From: Pristiophorus japonicus
Lineage: Eukaryota
DNA: 64,000 nt
NCBI RefSeq assembly: GCF_044704955.1
Contig: NC_091994.1
Coordinates: 47,554,001 to 47,618,000, forward strand
Reading direction: 5' to 3'
In this document: positions 1 to 12,963 of the stretch, piece by piece
How positions within the stretch are numbered: position 1 is the stretch's first letter
Layout: each line of letters opens with the position of its first letter
The notes under the pieces: generated by a model
Databases searched by the model: none
Told to the model about the DNA's origin: nothing
What the model saw: only the letters and a program-made list of their open reading frames with translations
Translations under genes and position numbers: made by a program

Positions 1-157
1 TCAAATCACAGATGGATTTTTATTCAATAAGGGAATTAAGGGTTATGGGGAGCGGGTGGGTAAGTGGAGCTGAGTCCACGGCCAGATCAGCCATGATGGC
101 GGAGCAGGCTCGAGGGGCTAGATGGCCTACTCCTGTTCCAAATTCTTATGTTCTTCT
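1..157 (+). mobile_element. CR1 LINE 3' end
   Basis: Matches 45052-45216 and ends in a ttcttatgttct tail. Confidence 0.85.
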
Positions 158-883
158 GTTGAGCCAAAGTGCCTTATCCCAGTCCATGTGGATGCCTCCC
201 CCAGCCAAAGTGTCTTACACCAGTCCAAGTGGATGCCTCCACCAGCTGAAGTGCCTTACCCAAGCACGTAGATGGGGTATTGTGTATGGATTGTTAACAG
301 GTTAATTGGGTATGAAGTGAATCATGCCAATTTTGTGACTTCTGTTTATCATCCACTCCAACGATGTCCCTTGTTGGGGTTTTGAAGAACGTGATCTGTT
401 TTTCCTGAGTTCCCGCTCTCCTCTCCGATCCCACCCGCCCGCCACGCCGCCGCCAGCCGCTCTCCAACAGCCTCTCTCACTCGCGGCCCCAAGGCCCTCC
501 GACACCCTCAACTGCCTCCCCCGGCCGCCGCTCGGGACTCGTGGCTCATTGCTCAGCGGGAGGCCCGGTCGGCCTAGCGAGTCCCGGTGGGCCCAGTCAG
601 TCCATGGGTGTGTGGGGGAATTGGTGGGCCTTGCGAGTCCCAGGGAGGGGGAGTCGGTGGGCCTAGCGAGTCCCGAGAGCAGGGGAGGGGGGCAGCGGAG
701 TCTCGGGGCTCAGCTCCTGCCTCTCGGCACCACGTGGGCAGAATGATTCGGGGCCTGGGAGGGGGCGGTGGGCGGAGCTTGACAGGGGTGGGGCTTGTCG
801 TCTGTCGGTCAAAAAAGTGCAGTGCAGGGCGGGGGGGCTGGACGGACGCCTGTCTGTCCAAGAAATGTGCAGCACAAATAGTT

Positions 884-3217
884 AGCCTTAAAACGGACCT
901 CTATCGTCCATTTTCACCAAAAAGTGGAAACTAGGCCCAAAATATCGCTGGAAAAATAGGTCCCCAAGTTTCGGCTCACTTTGCCAAAATGATCGCCGAA
1001 CTGATCGCCCAAAACAAGGCCCATCCCACTTTCGGCACAGAGTCAGCACTTCGCTGGGCTGATGGAAGGCCGAAAACATCGCTGAGAAATAGCTGCTTTT
1101 CCCGGGCTTTACAGAAGGAAATGGGCACTACGGATGCCATTTTGAAGATTGGACGACAGGTGGGGGCAACAGAAAAAACGAGCTAAATAGTTGTGAGTTA
1201 TTTAGAGAGTTATTTATAGATAGATCAACTCAGAATATGATATTATGGTATATATATTGAGAGTAGCTATTGTATAGGCATTTTTTTGTGAAAAGTGTTT
1301 TGTAGATAGTGAAAAGAATTATTGATATTGTTGAGGTCTATTAGACTGACTGGTATACAGTATAGAGAGAGTAGAGAGATTAGTTTAATTTAGTGAAAGT
1401 AATTATTGATAGTGATGGGGCCTATGCTTTCTCTGCCATTACTTGTAACTGCTCACACGCTGGTTTCTGAAAGGATCAAGCGAAGTGATGGCAGAGTAAT
1501 GTGTAGTCCCCTGCAGCAATGGTAGCTGTGACATCGCCCGTCACACACTCCATCATGTACAGGTCGACATGGGCTGTTCGGGAGTCTTCCATCATTTCCA
1601 GACCGGTAATCCTGGACTCCAAGCTGTGTGCAGAGCCCCGTAGAATATTAGAGAGGGACTCCTCCATGTTCCTTGACATTGCCAATAGGCTCTCTGGCAG
1701 GCTAGCCATTGCACCCAGCACTTTGGTCTGCATGTCCATCACCCTTCTGCTGAAGACCGACCCATCAAGGTCCTTATCTGAGTCTTGTGCAGCAGAACCC
1801 GTGTGCGAACTCACTCTCCGGGAAGCTGACCCCGAGCTACCCTTTCCCCCCTGGCCTTGCTGCAGCCCACTTGTGCCCGGTGCCTCACCTGTGCAGATCT
1901 CGCTTCTACTCTAGCCTCAAATATGCGCAGTGCCAGTTTCTGAGCTACTTTCTGCGAGTGACAAATGCAGCAACGCTGCGTTGTCTTCTTCTCCCCCCTC
2001 GCTCTCGTGCATTGCCTCAGAGACCGGCTTCTCAGGTGCTTGTTGCTGATTATCTGCAAGCAGAAATGCAGAAGAGTTGGGCTATGATGAGGGGAGGGGG
2101 GCATGAAGCAGGATATGCATGCATACAGCATCAGCAGCTTGAACGTGAGAAGAGATTGTGGGATGAGGGGGAAGTGCAGTGTGAGGAGAATTAGGAATGA
2201 ACATACCGTTGATATCCCCAAGGGGTTCAACCTCGCTGGTTTGAGGCCTGCCTCTATGATCTGCTGCCCAATGATGTCCACCACTTTCTCCTCCAGCAGG
2301 CTGAGGTCATGGTTGTCAGCCTACCTCCCGCCTGTCTGCTGCTGCTCCCTCCAATGATGCGCGACCTTTGCCTGCAAGAGAAAGAGAAGTGTGTGAGTGA
2401 ATGTGGTGCAATGTGTTTGGGTGATGTGCCTGCCATGGTTGAATAGCTGTCAGTATGTGCAAAGTGAGAGATGTAGGTGTGAGTGTTGCAGCAGTAGTAA
2501 GGTTGTGAGGGTGAAGTGAAGCTCTGATTATGAGCAGTGAGTGGTGGTGGGTAGAAATTGTTGGTAAGTGTGTGCTGGGGGTGTGGTACATTGAACAGTG
2601 TGTGAGGCTTGTGGTGCAGATGGTGGGATATGGCAGTTGCTGAAGCCTTTAACGACCTTGACCGGTCATGTGAGGTCATTAAATTTCATCCGACACTGGA
2701 TGGCCGACCTTGGAACCGCTGTGTTGGCCATGACATGGGCGACTATGTCCTGCCAGAGATTTCACGAGGAGTGTGACGAGGGCTTCCTGCCAGTGTGGGG
2801 GAAGTGGACAGCCCGCCTCCTCTCCACAGCCACGAGTAGTGGCTCAAGAGCCGCTTTGGAGAATCTGCAGGCTCTCCCTGTGCCGAGGCTCCGCCATGGG
2901 TTTGCACTAACGTCTTCTTCCAGCTGCACTTGTGAGGGGCTTGACAATGAGGTGCAGCAGTATCAGTGCATCTCCCCTTTAAGTACTGAATAAAGCCTGT
3001 GGCAAACATGACTGGGAATTAGACTGGACCCGATATTGGCCCATCTTGAGATTTAAGGCAATGAGCAACAGCTTGAGTGTGAAATCAAGACTATAATCAT
3101 GATAATGAGGACTGAGCACGAATTTTGCGTGCTACCTAGATCTTTTGGACCTGGTGCAGCTTAACATCGTTGGGCCAGGACACTGTCCGTTTCGTGGCCA
3201 TTTCTAATTTCTAGGCC
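884..3217 (-). mobile_element. Internally deleted PIF/Harbinger-like DNA transposon carrying a spliced Myb/SANT-like pseudogene (about 2897 to 1476, minus strand)
   Basis: Minus-strand RFSKAALEPLLVAVERRR...RSAIQCRMKFNDLT resembles the Myb/SANT domain of Harbinger ORF2; splice sites near 2656 and 2372; right end AATTTCTAGGCC; boundaries approximate. Confidence 0.65.
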
Positions 3218-3587
3218 ATTATCCCTTTAAACAGCGAGGTGTCTCACAGTTACTGAAAGGAACATGTCAGATGGAACAGAAACCAAGATATTTGTGTAAT
3301 GTGGGTATAAACTACAGACCGAGAGGGTTGGACTCTGTTCTGGACAGTCCCTCTCCTTAAAATAACAGAGCACAGTTCCTGTCCGGACCCCAGGTGTGTG
3401 TCAGTCTCACGCCCACCCGGGGCAGCTGGTTTGGGCGTCACCAAACCGCCTTCAAATATTGGAAGCTGATTGGCCGAAGCCACCAACCGACAGTTTAGCT
3501 TCAACCAATCCCCTTTGGTATTTAAATGTAGTGTAATTGGCTCTCAATGTCCTGATTCTGTGAAAACAGCAGAGACTGAGAAAATAG

Positions 3588-4012
3588 ATTGTATTTAGCA
3601 GTTTACTGTCCCCCTCCCCTTTTATAGGGGGCACTTGTAAAATATATAATTTTAAAACCCCCCCAAAAATTACAAAAAACCCGGAAAAAAACACACAAAA
3701 AAACAAAAAAAAAGAGGCAGTTAAAAGTGTCTGGAGTGTCCCCCAGACCGGGGGGCACTCGATCTAATGTTTATTTTGTACTCCCTAAAAAAGTTGTATC
3801 AAGCAGTTTAGTGTCCCCCTCCCCTTTTATAGGGGGCACTTGTAAAATATATTATTGTAATGCCCAAAAATCACAAAAAACCCCCACAAAAAAAACAAAA
3901 AATAATTTTAAAAGGGGGCAGTTGAAAAATGTTTGGAGTGTCCCCCAGATCGGGGGGCACTTGATCTAACTGTTAATTTTGTCTCCTTAAAAAGAGTTGT
4001 ATTTAGCAGTTA
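3588..4012 (+). repeat. Tandem array of two ~200-bp double-hairpin/A-rich units
   Basis: Unit: gtgtccccctccccttttatagggggcac ... A-rich ... gtgtcccccagatcggggggcac ... aaaagag; units bounded by ttgtatttagcagtt-like repeats. Confidence 0.85.
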
Positions 4013-4659
4013 GTAGAATGGAGTCAATAGTCTCACTGGTCAGCTGCTGGTTGACAGCAGGTTAGAATATGATAGTCAGCTGGCTGGCAAGTTAGTACTT
4101 CGGTAACTAGTTATAACTTCAGCCCCTTCCCGGTTAAGCATGTTCACTCACTGTTGGAGCACTGGCAACACACACACAGCAAGATTGTCTAAACACTAAC
4201 TGAGGGGGTTCACCGACAGATTGAGTCAGGACTCTATGTGGGAGTCACACAGTAAGTGTCCCAGGGTGAGGAGCTTGCTGTATGGAGAATGTTTCAGATG
4301 GTTTCTCTGGGAGGGAGCTGCCAGTAACGTGCGCTGTATCAGTGTGTGGTGCAGAAAGTGTCCCAGTCCTCCAGCTTTATAAGGTGTCTGTATTACTGAG
4401 AGAGCCACAAGCTGAGAGTACTGCACCAGACTGTGGTATGGCGGAGAGTTCTTGTTATTGGAGGAGTAATCTGCAATTTAAACTCCAGCCCAGGACAGAT
4501 GAAGCAGAAACTGAGAAATATCAGGCAATAAACGATCTTCTGATTAAGATGTCAGTCAGTTGCTAACAGTGTTGAGGTGTCCTGCCTCAATCTGATGGTT
4601 TCTGACGCTGAATGGGCGGGTTTCCGATCATTGCCCTGGTTGGTCAGTGTGAATGGCTC

Positions 4660-4701
4660 TAATTTGCATGGATTTCCTGCCTGGTGTGAATGGGTCTATA
4701 A
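4660..4701 (+). promoter_or_regulatory. IgL V promoter: decamer/octamer TAATTTGCAT (octamer 4662-4669) and TATAA (4697-4701)
   Basis: Canonical light-chain octamer orientation about 110 bp upstream of the leader ATG; GC box at 4614-4620. Confidence 0.9.
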
Positions 4702-4779
4702 CTGGGCTCAATGGGCAGCTGCTACTACAGTCTGTCACAGATACACTCGGGGAAGGCAGGCAGCTCAGTGGCAGGAACG

Positions 4780-4825
4780 ATGCAGACGCTGTGCTTTTTC
4801 TGGTCTCTGGCACTGTGGCTGGGCT
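4780..4825 (+). CDS. IgL cluster 1 leader exon (MQTLCFFWSLALWLG)
   Basis: 46-nt exon, GTAAG donor at 4826, phase-1 intron 4826-4930 ending ttttacag. Confidence 0.93.
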
Positions 4826-4930
4826 GTAAGTACAGACACTGAACTCTGCTCCTTCCGCAGCAGCACATGGGGCGCTTGGGGTCACTTTTAAAGAGTCAAT
4901 GTGTAATGTTTAATCCCTGCTCTTTTACAG

Positions 4931-5257
4931 GTGGACAGTCTCAGACTCTGACTCAGCCGCCAGCCCTGACCGTGAAACCAGGGGACACGGCCACACTCGA
5001 CTGTAACATTGGAACGGATGATGGCTATTATGTCAACTGGTACAAGCAGACACCAGGAGCAGTTCCTCAATGGATCCTCTATTACCATCACTCTCTCAGT
5101 GCCCCAACCTATGGTTCGGGGTTTACCAGCGACCGTTTCACATCGAAAGCCAACAGCGGCCACAACATTTACCAGTTAATCATAAAGTCCGTGGAGGTGA
5201 ATGACGCTGCCGTCTATTACTGTGAAAAATGGTTTTCAGCAAGCAGTGCTTATGTGT
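4931..5257 (+). CDS. IgL cluster 1 V exon, sigma-type light chain (sigma or sigma-2)
   Basis: QTLTQPP...LDCNIG...WYKQTPG...YYHHSLSAPTYGSGFTSDRF...DAAVYYC; the long CDR2 and YGSGF motif are typical of sigma-type V. Confidence 0.95.
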
Positions 5258-5285
5258 CACAGTGACAGAAGGTAACACAAAAACT
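5258..5285 (+). other. 12-RSS of V1
   Basis: CACAGTG, 12-nt spacer, ACAAAAACT. Confidence 0.97.
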
Positions 5286-5600
5286 GGGAGCAGCAAATGT
5301 TATACACTTAACAACATTTTGCATCTGAAAACATTCTAATGTTTTACATTTCATAAAATCACTTTAATGTTGTCTTTTTTTTATACAATATTTTCCAATT
5401 TATCCCATTTCAGACTTGGTAACATTGAGTCTCACTGCCCAGTATTGGGTGTTGCTGACCTTTAATGTCAGTGTGTGGATGTTGCTGAGAGTTCATTCCT
5501 TCCTGTCCCACACCAGCTGGTACACTCGCAATACATGGAGTCTGATTAATGCTGGCACTGGAGCTTCTGAATGTGTTTTCTGTCTGATTCCAGGGTCCTG

Positions 5601-5639
5601 GGTAATTGTATGGACTGAACCCTAGAACATCTCACTGTG
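5601..5639 (+). other. 23-RSS of J1
   Basis: GGTAATTGT, 23-nt spacer, CACTGTG. Confidence 0.95.
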
Positions 5640-5676
5640 GGGGTGTTCGGCAAAGGGACCAAGCTCTTTGTAGCAG
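5640..5676 (+). CDS. IgL cluster 1 J segment (GVFGKGTKLFVA)
   Basis: FGxGT motif, GTAAGT donor at 5677. Confidence 0.96.
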
Positions 5677-5686
5677 GTAAGTGGCT

Positions 5687-5696
5687 GGGAAATCCC
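5687..5696 (+). promoter_or_regulatory. Candidate NF-kB site GGGAAATCCC in the J-C intron
   Basis: Exact GGGRNWYYCC match, conserved at 51858-51867; function untested. Confidence 0.4.
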
Positions 5697-6109
5697 TCCT
5701 GCAGGGACTCTCTGGGTTTGAACATTTAGACGTTCATAATTTAAACTATTATTTCTACTATTTGTTAGACATTAATTTGAGTGAAAATGCTGATTGCAGT
5801 ACAATCCTGTTTAGTACTAGCTCTGTTAATTAGTGCTGTGTAATTTTTGAATTCTAATTGAATTGTTTCCTGAAATTATCTGCAGATTGCTTTTTAAACA
5901 GTTGATGCAGATAGTGTCTGGGTCACAGTGTCTGATGCAGTTTACTCCAAACCTGGATGGAGAGCAGTGCTGGAAAAAGGGTTAAATGATTTCCCTCAAC
6001 CCCACCCCCACCCCCATTCCTCCCATGGTTGAGCTGTTTTAGTTAACAATGGTGGGAATGTTTTCACCATTAACTAGATTGGGATGGATTATACTGAAGG
6101 CATATGTGG

Positions 6110-6235
6110 TTTGGTTAGTAGTACTCTTGCCCCTGAGTCAGATGTTTGTTCCACTCCAGACTAGGCTGACACTCCAGTGCCATATTGAGGGAATGCTGCA
6201 CTGTCAGAGGTGCTGTCTTTTGGCTGAGATGTCTG
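6110..6235 (+). mobile_element. tRNA-derived SINE (SacSINE1/DeuSINE-like) 5' part; split by a CR1 insertion and resumes at 9521-9783
   Basis: ctgcactgtcagaggtgctgtcttt core and ctatataaatgcaag tail; family assigned from memory. Confidence 0.6.
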
Positions 6236-9200
6236 AAACATAGAAAATAGTTGGAGGAGTAGTCCATTTGGCCCTTTGAGCCTGCACCACCATTCAATAA
6301 GATCATGGCTGATCATTCCCTGAGTACCCTTTTCCTATGTTCTCTCCATAACCCTTGATCGCCTTAACCGTAAGGACCATCTCTAACTCCCTCTTGAATA
6401 TATCCAATGAACTGGCATCAACAACTCTGCAGCAGGGAATTCCACAGGTTAACAACTCGGTGAAGAAGTTTCTTCTCATCTCAGTCCTAAATGGCTTACC
6501 CCTTATCCTAAGACTGTGTCCCCTGGTTCTGGATTTTCCCAACATCTGGAACCTTCTACCTGCATCTAACCTGTCCCGTCCCATCCTGTCAGAATCTTAC
6601 ATGTTTCGATGAGATCCCCTCATCCTTTTAAACTCCAATGTATAAAGGCCCAGTTGATCCAGTGTCTCCTCATGTTAGTCCTGCCATCCTGGGAATCAGT
6701 CTGCTGAACCTTCGCTGCACTCCCTCAATAGCAAGAATATCCTTCCTCTGATTAGGAGACCAAAACTGAACACAATATTCCAGGTGAGCCCTCACCAAGG
6801 CCCTGTACAACTGCAGTAAGACCTCACTGCTCCTATACTCAAATCCCTTAGCTATGAAGGCCAACATACCATTTGCCGCCTTCACTGCCTGCTGTACCTG
6901 TGTGCCAACTTTCAAAGACGGATGAACCATGACACCCAGGTCTTGTTGCACCTACCCTTTTCCCAATCTGCCGTCATTCAGATAATCTATCTTCGTGTTT
7001 TTATCCCCCAAGTGGATAACTTTACATTTATCCACATTATACTGCATCTGCCATGCATTTGCCCACTCACCTAACCTGTCCAAGTCACCATGCAGCCTTT
7101 TAGCGTCCCCCTCACCGCTCTCGCCACCACCCAGTTTAGTGTCATCTGCAAACTTGGAGATATTACACTCAATTCCTTCATCCAAATCATTGATGTATAT
7201 TGTAAAGAGCTGGGGTCCCAGCACTGAGCCCTGCGGCACTCCACATCACTGCCTGCCATTCTGAAAAGGACTCGTTTATCCCGACTCGCAGCTTCCTGTC
7301 TGCCAACCAGTTCTCTATCCACTTCAGTATATTAACCCCAATACCATGTGCTTTGATTTTGCACACCAATCTCTTGTGTGGGACCTTGTTAAAAGCCTTT
7401 TGAAAGTCCAAATACACCACATCCACTAGTTCTCCCTTGTCCACTCTACTGGAATTTTTTTGAGGGTGTAACTAGAAGATTTGTCAAGCATGATTTCCCC
7501 TTCAAAAATCCATGCTGACTTGGACTGATCCTCTCACTGCTTTCCAAATGTGCTGCTAATTCATAATAATTGATTCCAACATTTTCCCCACTACTGATGT
7601 CAGGCTAACCGATCTATAATTACCTGCTTTCTCTCTTCCTCCCTTTTTTAAAAAAAGTGGTGTTACATTAGCTACCCTCCAGTCCATCGGAACTGATCCA
7701 GAGTCGACAGAATGTTGGAAAATGATCACCAATGCATCCACTATTTCTTAGGCCACTTCCTTCAGGACTCTGGGATGCAGACAATCAGGACCCAGGAGTT
7801 TCTCGGCCTTCAATCCCATCAATTTCCTACCTAATAAGGATACTCTTCAGTTCCTCCTTCTTACTAGACCCTTGGCCCCTAGTATTTCAGGAAGGTTATT
7901 TGTGTTTTCCTTCGTGAAGACAGAACCAAAGTATTTGTTCAATTGGTCTTCCAATTCTTTGTTCCCCATTATAAATTCACCTGAATCTGACTGCAAGGGA
8001 CCTACATTTGTCTTCACTAATCTTTTTCTCTTCACATATCTATGGAAGCTTTTGCAGTCAGTTTTTATGTTCCTGGCAAGCTTGCACTCGTGCTCTATTT
8101 TTAGCCCTCTTAATTAAACCCTTTGTCCTCCTTTGCTGTATTCTAACTTTCTCAGTCCTCGGGTTTGTTTTATCCTGGCCAATTTATATGCCTCTTCCTT
8201 GGATTAACACTATCCTTAATTTCCCTTGTTAGCCACGTTTGAGCCACCTTCCCTGCTTTTTTTTAACTCCAGACAGGGGTGTACAATTGCTGAAGTTCAT
8301 CCATGTGATCTTTAAATGTTTGCCATTGCCTATCCACCGTCAACCCTTTAATTATCACTCGCCAGTCTATTCTAGGCAATTCATGCCTCAAACCATCGAA
8401 GTTACCTTTCCTTAAGTTCAGGACCCTAGTTTCTGAATTAACTGTCACTCTCTCTCTATCTAAATAAAGAATTCTACCATGTTATGGTCATTCTTCCCCA
8501 AGGGGCCTCGCACAACAGGATTGCTAATTAATACACTCCAGGAAATCCACCTCCACCGCATTGCTACCAGTTTGGTTCGCCCAATCAATATGTAGATTAA
8601 AGTCACCCTTGATAACTGCTGTACCTTTATTGCATGCATCCCTAATTTCTTTGATGCTGTCCCCAACCTTACTACTACTGTTTGGTGGTCTGTACACAAC
8701 TCCCACTAATATTTTCTGCCCCTTGATATTCCGTTGCTCCACCCATATCGATTCCACATCATCCAAGCTAATATCCTTCCTTACTATTGCATGAATTTCC
8801 TCTTTAACCCTGCCTCCTTTTCCTTTCTGTCTATCCTTCCAAAATGTTGAATTCCCAGCCTTGGTCACACTGGAGCCATGTCTCTGTGATGCCAATTACA
8901 TCCTATCTGTTAACTGCTATCTTATTCCGAATACTCCTCGCATTGAGGCACAGAGCCTTCACACTTGTCTTTCTAACACACTTTGCCCCTTTTTAGAATT
9001 TTGGTCCTTTTGGCTTTTTGCCTTGGGTTTCTCTGCCCTCCACTTTTACTTTTCTTCTTTCCATCTTTTGCTTCTGCCCCCATTCTACTTCCCTCTGTCT
9101 CCCTGCATAGGTTCCCACCCCCCCTGCCATATTAGTTTAACTCCTCCCCAACAGCACTAGCAAACACTCCCCCGAGGACATTGGTTCCGGTCCTGCCCAG

Positions 9201-9520
9201 GTGCAGACCGTCCGGTTTGTACTGCTCCCACCTCCCCCAGAGCCAGTTCCAATGTCCCAGGAATTTTAATCACTCCTCAAGCCACGTATTCATCTGAGCT
9301 ATCCTGCAATTCCTACTCTGACTATCACGTGGCACTGGTAGCAATCTTGAGCATACCACTTTTGAGGTCCTACTTTTAATTTATCTCCTAGCTCCCAAAA
9401 TTTGTCTCGTAGGACCTCATCCCATTTTGGTACCTATATGCACCATGACAACTGGCTGTTTACCCTCCCTTTTCAGAATGTCCTGCACCCGCTCCGAGAC
9501 ATCCTTGACCCTTGCACCAA
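6236..9520 (-). mobile_element. Decayed, 5'-truncated CR1 LINE (ORF1 esterase remnant, APE, RT) in the J-C intron
   Basis: [18 protein letters not shown] and YRPPNS fragments; flanking TSD ATGTCTG (6229-6235 and 9521-9527). Confidence 0.93.
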
Positions 9521-9839
9521 ATGTCTGCCTTCGAGGTAGATGTAAAATATCTTGTGGCACTATGTTGAAAAGCAGTGATTATCCACAGGTGTTCGGTCAA
9601 TATTTATCCATCGATCAACATCACTGGTTATTATCAAATTGCTGTTTGTGGGACTTGCTGGGTGTAATTTAGCTGCTGTGTTTTCTACATTACAAAAGTG
9701 ACTATTTTTAAAGTACATAATTGTCTGTAAAGCCCTTTGGGACACCATGAAAGGTGCTATATAAATGCAAGTGTCTCTTTCTATTACATTAAAACATTGA
9801 AAAAGAAATTGCATTGATGTAGCACCTTTTAAAAAGAAT

Positions 9840-11050
9840 CTAGGGAAGAGATAGCAGAGGTATTGCTACACATATTTAATAATTAGTTAGAAAACAGTGT
9901 AGTGCCAGAGGACTGATGAAAGCTTAATGTTCTATCCCCCTTAAATATAGGTATTGCATGTCCAATTAGCTTAACATCGGTGGTAGGAAAAATAATGGAA
10001 TCTCTCTACTAAAGGAGAAAATAAGATCTGGAGACTAAAAATATAATGAATGGTCAGCATGGATTTCAAAAGGGAAATTCTTGCTTGACCAACCTTATTG
10101 AAATTTTTGAAGATATAACAGAGGGAGTGAACAATGGTAATGAAGTAGATGTAATTTATCTAGATTTTCAAAAGGCCTTGGATAAGGTAGCCCATAATAG
10201 ACTGATGAGCAAGGTCAGAGAATGTGGAGTGAGGGGACAAGTAGCGGAATGGATCATTATCTGGCTTCAGGACAGAAAGCAGAGAGTAGGAGTAAAGGGT
10301 AGCTATTCACAGTGGCAGAATGTGGGTAGTGGTGTCCCACAAGGATCAGTGCTAGGGCCACTGCTGTTCACAATTTACATCAACTGATTTAGACTTTGAA
10401 ATTAAAAACACAATTTCTAAATTTGTGGATGGTGCCAAATTGTGAGGGGTGAATGAATAGTCAATACCAAGGAGTACTGCAACAAATTACAGGAGGACAT
10501 TAATAATCTTGCAGAATGGGCATTTCACTGGCAAAATGAAGTTCAACACAGATAAATGTGAGGTGTTACATTTTGGTAGGAAGAATAGGGAGGTCACGTA
10601 TTACTTGGAGGGTGCGAGTCTCGTTGGGGTAGAGGAACAAAGGGATCTGAGTACAAATTCACAAATCGGTAAAAGTTGTGACACAGGTTAGCAAGGCAAT
10701 AAAAAAAGCAAACCAAGCACTGGGGTTTATTTCTAGAGATATAGAATTGAAAAGTAGGGAAGTTATGCTCAACCTGTGTTGAACCTTGGTTAGACCGCAT
10801 TTGCACTGTGTCCAGATCTGGTTGCCATATTATAAAAAGCATGTAGAGGCACTGGAGAGGGTGCAGAGAAAATTTACAAGGATGATGCCTGAAATGTGAG
10901 GGTATACATATCAGGAAAGGATGAACAGGCTGGGTCTCCTCTCTTGAACAAAGGTGGCTTGGGAGTGACCTATTACAGGTCTTTTTAAATTATGAAAGGT
11001 TTTCATAGAGTCGATAGAGAGAATGTTTCCACTTGCAGGGAAGAGCTTAA
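9840..11050 (+). mobile_element. CR1 LINE RT fragment
   Basis: QHGFQKGNSCLTNL, YLDFQKALDKV and [13 protein letters not shown] with stops and frameshifts. Confidence 0.9.
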
Positions 11051-12963
11051 CTAGTGTCTTTTTCAGAAAGATAGCACCACTAATAATGCATTACTGTACT
11101 TGTGAGTACTGCACTGAAATGTTGGCTGAGACATAGTCCATATATTTCTCCTTCCCAATTAGACTGCTCACGATCGGTCGGTCTGGATCTGTTTATTACC
11201 ATAGATGATGCCGAGTGTTCATTATTCTGTCATTCTTACCCATCCCCAATATTCTGATTTGAATTATGATGCGTTGCGCTTTAATTCACATTTGTCTGCA
11301 CCGATTTCATCCTGATCATCAATTTCCCAACAGTTACTCCCTCCCTGCGCCAGTTGAGGTACTCAACACTGCATTTTGAGTCAGTTCAGAGATGCTGAAC
11401 CCAATCCAATTCTCTACCCCCATACTCTCAGACACTATACCCCATCCAACACCCTACACTCTCTCAATTTCTCACAGTTCATGCTGGAATTCCCCTTCTG
11501 ACTCTCATCCAAAAAAGCACTGCTCCCAGCCTCTACTCCCTTCCCTCTTCCCTTCATAGCCATCCATTTCCCTCGGCACTGCTCCTTTTGAGTCCTGTTG
11601 CTAAATGATTCTGGTTGCTGCACATTAAGGCTGGAGCTGGGTACAAGTTCTGGGTACAATTTCCGCCCCCCCACTGCCGGTGGGGTGTGGGGACCATAAT
11701 CTATCTGTAGCTGGACTCCAGTCAGACCGACATTGCTGTGAAAAGGCTGGATGGTTTGTGCTGATGTTTGGCATTGACCGCTAACACCCGGACTGGGCCC
11801 ACACCACTGGCTCACTGAATTCTGTCGTTTGCCGTGTCGACACTGAGCCTGTGCCGGTGGGTTAGTGTTGCTGCATCGTGAACATCTCCGGCTGCCCCAC
11901 ATCAGCACTTGTACATTTTCCTTTTTTGTTTAAACAAAACACTTTGCAACTTCCTATTTCTGACCATGTACACTTGGATATTGAGGATCGTACCTCCCAT
12001 TCCCTCAGGCTCCTGTCCATGGGAGTTGTGAGCCAGCCCCATCTTGCCCTAAATGACCATTCTTCATAGATTGGCCGGGACAGTGAGTGTTAGTGGATCA
12101 TTCACCTGTCAATGGCCTTGTCTTGTCCTCGCCTCACACCCACAACAGCGCACCTTCCCAGTTGGGGAGTGGCAGGTGGGAAAAGGGGACGTTGCCGTTT
12201 TGTTCCCCTCTCCCAACCTCTGGATAATGTGCCAATTGGAGCAACATCGCTGCCCATGGACCGACTGGTCTGTGGAGCTCGGGACCACACAGTACCCTTA
12301 CCCACTGGCACAGGGGAGGGTTTGAGATCTTTTTATCCTTCCTGTGGCAGTGGGTGGCACCGCAGGGGCATTAGTGATGGGTGGGAAGGGGTGAATTGTA
12401 GAGGTGGAATGTGCAGCCGGTAGGACAGGGTGTGGGCACATTACACGGGTATGGTACCACTTTACACTGGCAGTGTGTCTCCAAGTCCTTTAATGGCTCA
12501 GTGCCAAAACACATCACTCTTTTTGGGGCAGATTTTTAACTTGAAATCCAAGGTTGCAGAGGTCACTGGTTTATGGTCAGAGTGGGATCCAGGATCACTC
12601 CTCTCCCTAACCAGGGATACTGGGGCCAAGTGAAGGGTCCCTGGTGCACTCGCCCTAGATCAGCTAACTTGGCACAGACCGGGAATGGATCCTGGGAGCA
12701 GGAGGTGAGGTCCCAGAGCGAGTGATGCTCTAATCCACCCAGTCACCAGGAGGATCCGAAAACAATAATTGTACATCAAGAAATCGTAGTCCTTTGTTTT
12801 GATAAACCATGTTCAACCTTAAAGGGGCAATGCACTCACTGTGAACGTCTGGGGCCCACTTTCGGAAGATTCAACCATTAAAATCTGCTTCGCTTAAACT
12901 CTGACATATGTTAAACATTTCAATAACTTTATTCAAACACTTCTTCTCTGGTTCCTATTGCAG

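Noticed and set aside
4867-5265. ORF-track 132-aa protein as a single-exon gene
   Set aside because: It starts inside the leader intron and runs into the RSS; the real structure is leader 4780-4825 spliced to V 4931-5257
4931-5676. Germline-joined VJ, or an IgH/TCR/NAR gene
   Set aside because: V and J are separated by 382 bp with intact 12/23 RSS, there is no D segment, and the single C exon ends in Cys-stop with no TM exon seen
11435-12633. Intronic ORFs conserved between the two clusters
   Set aside because: No recognisable domain; conservation reflects the recent duplication and frames are broken by indels in copy 2
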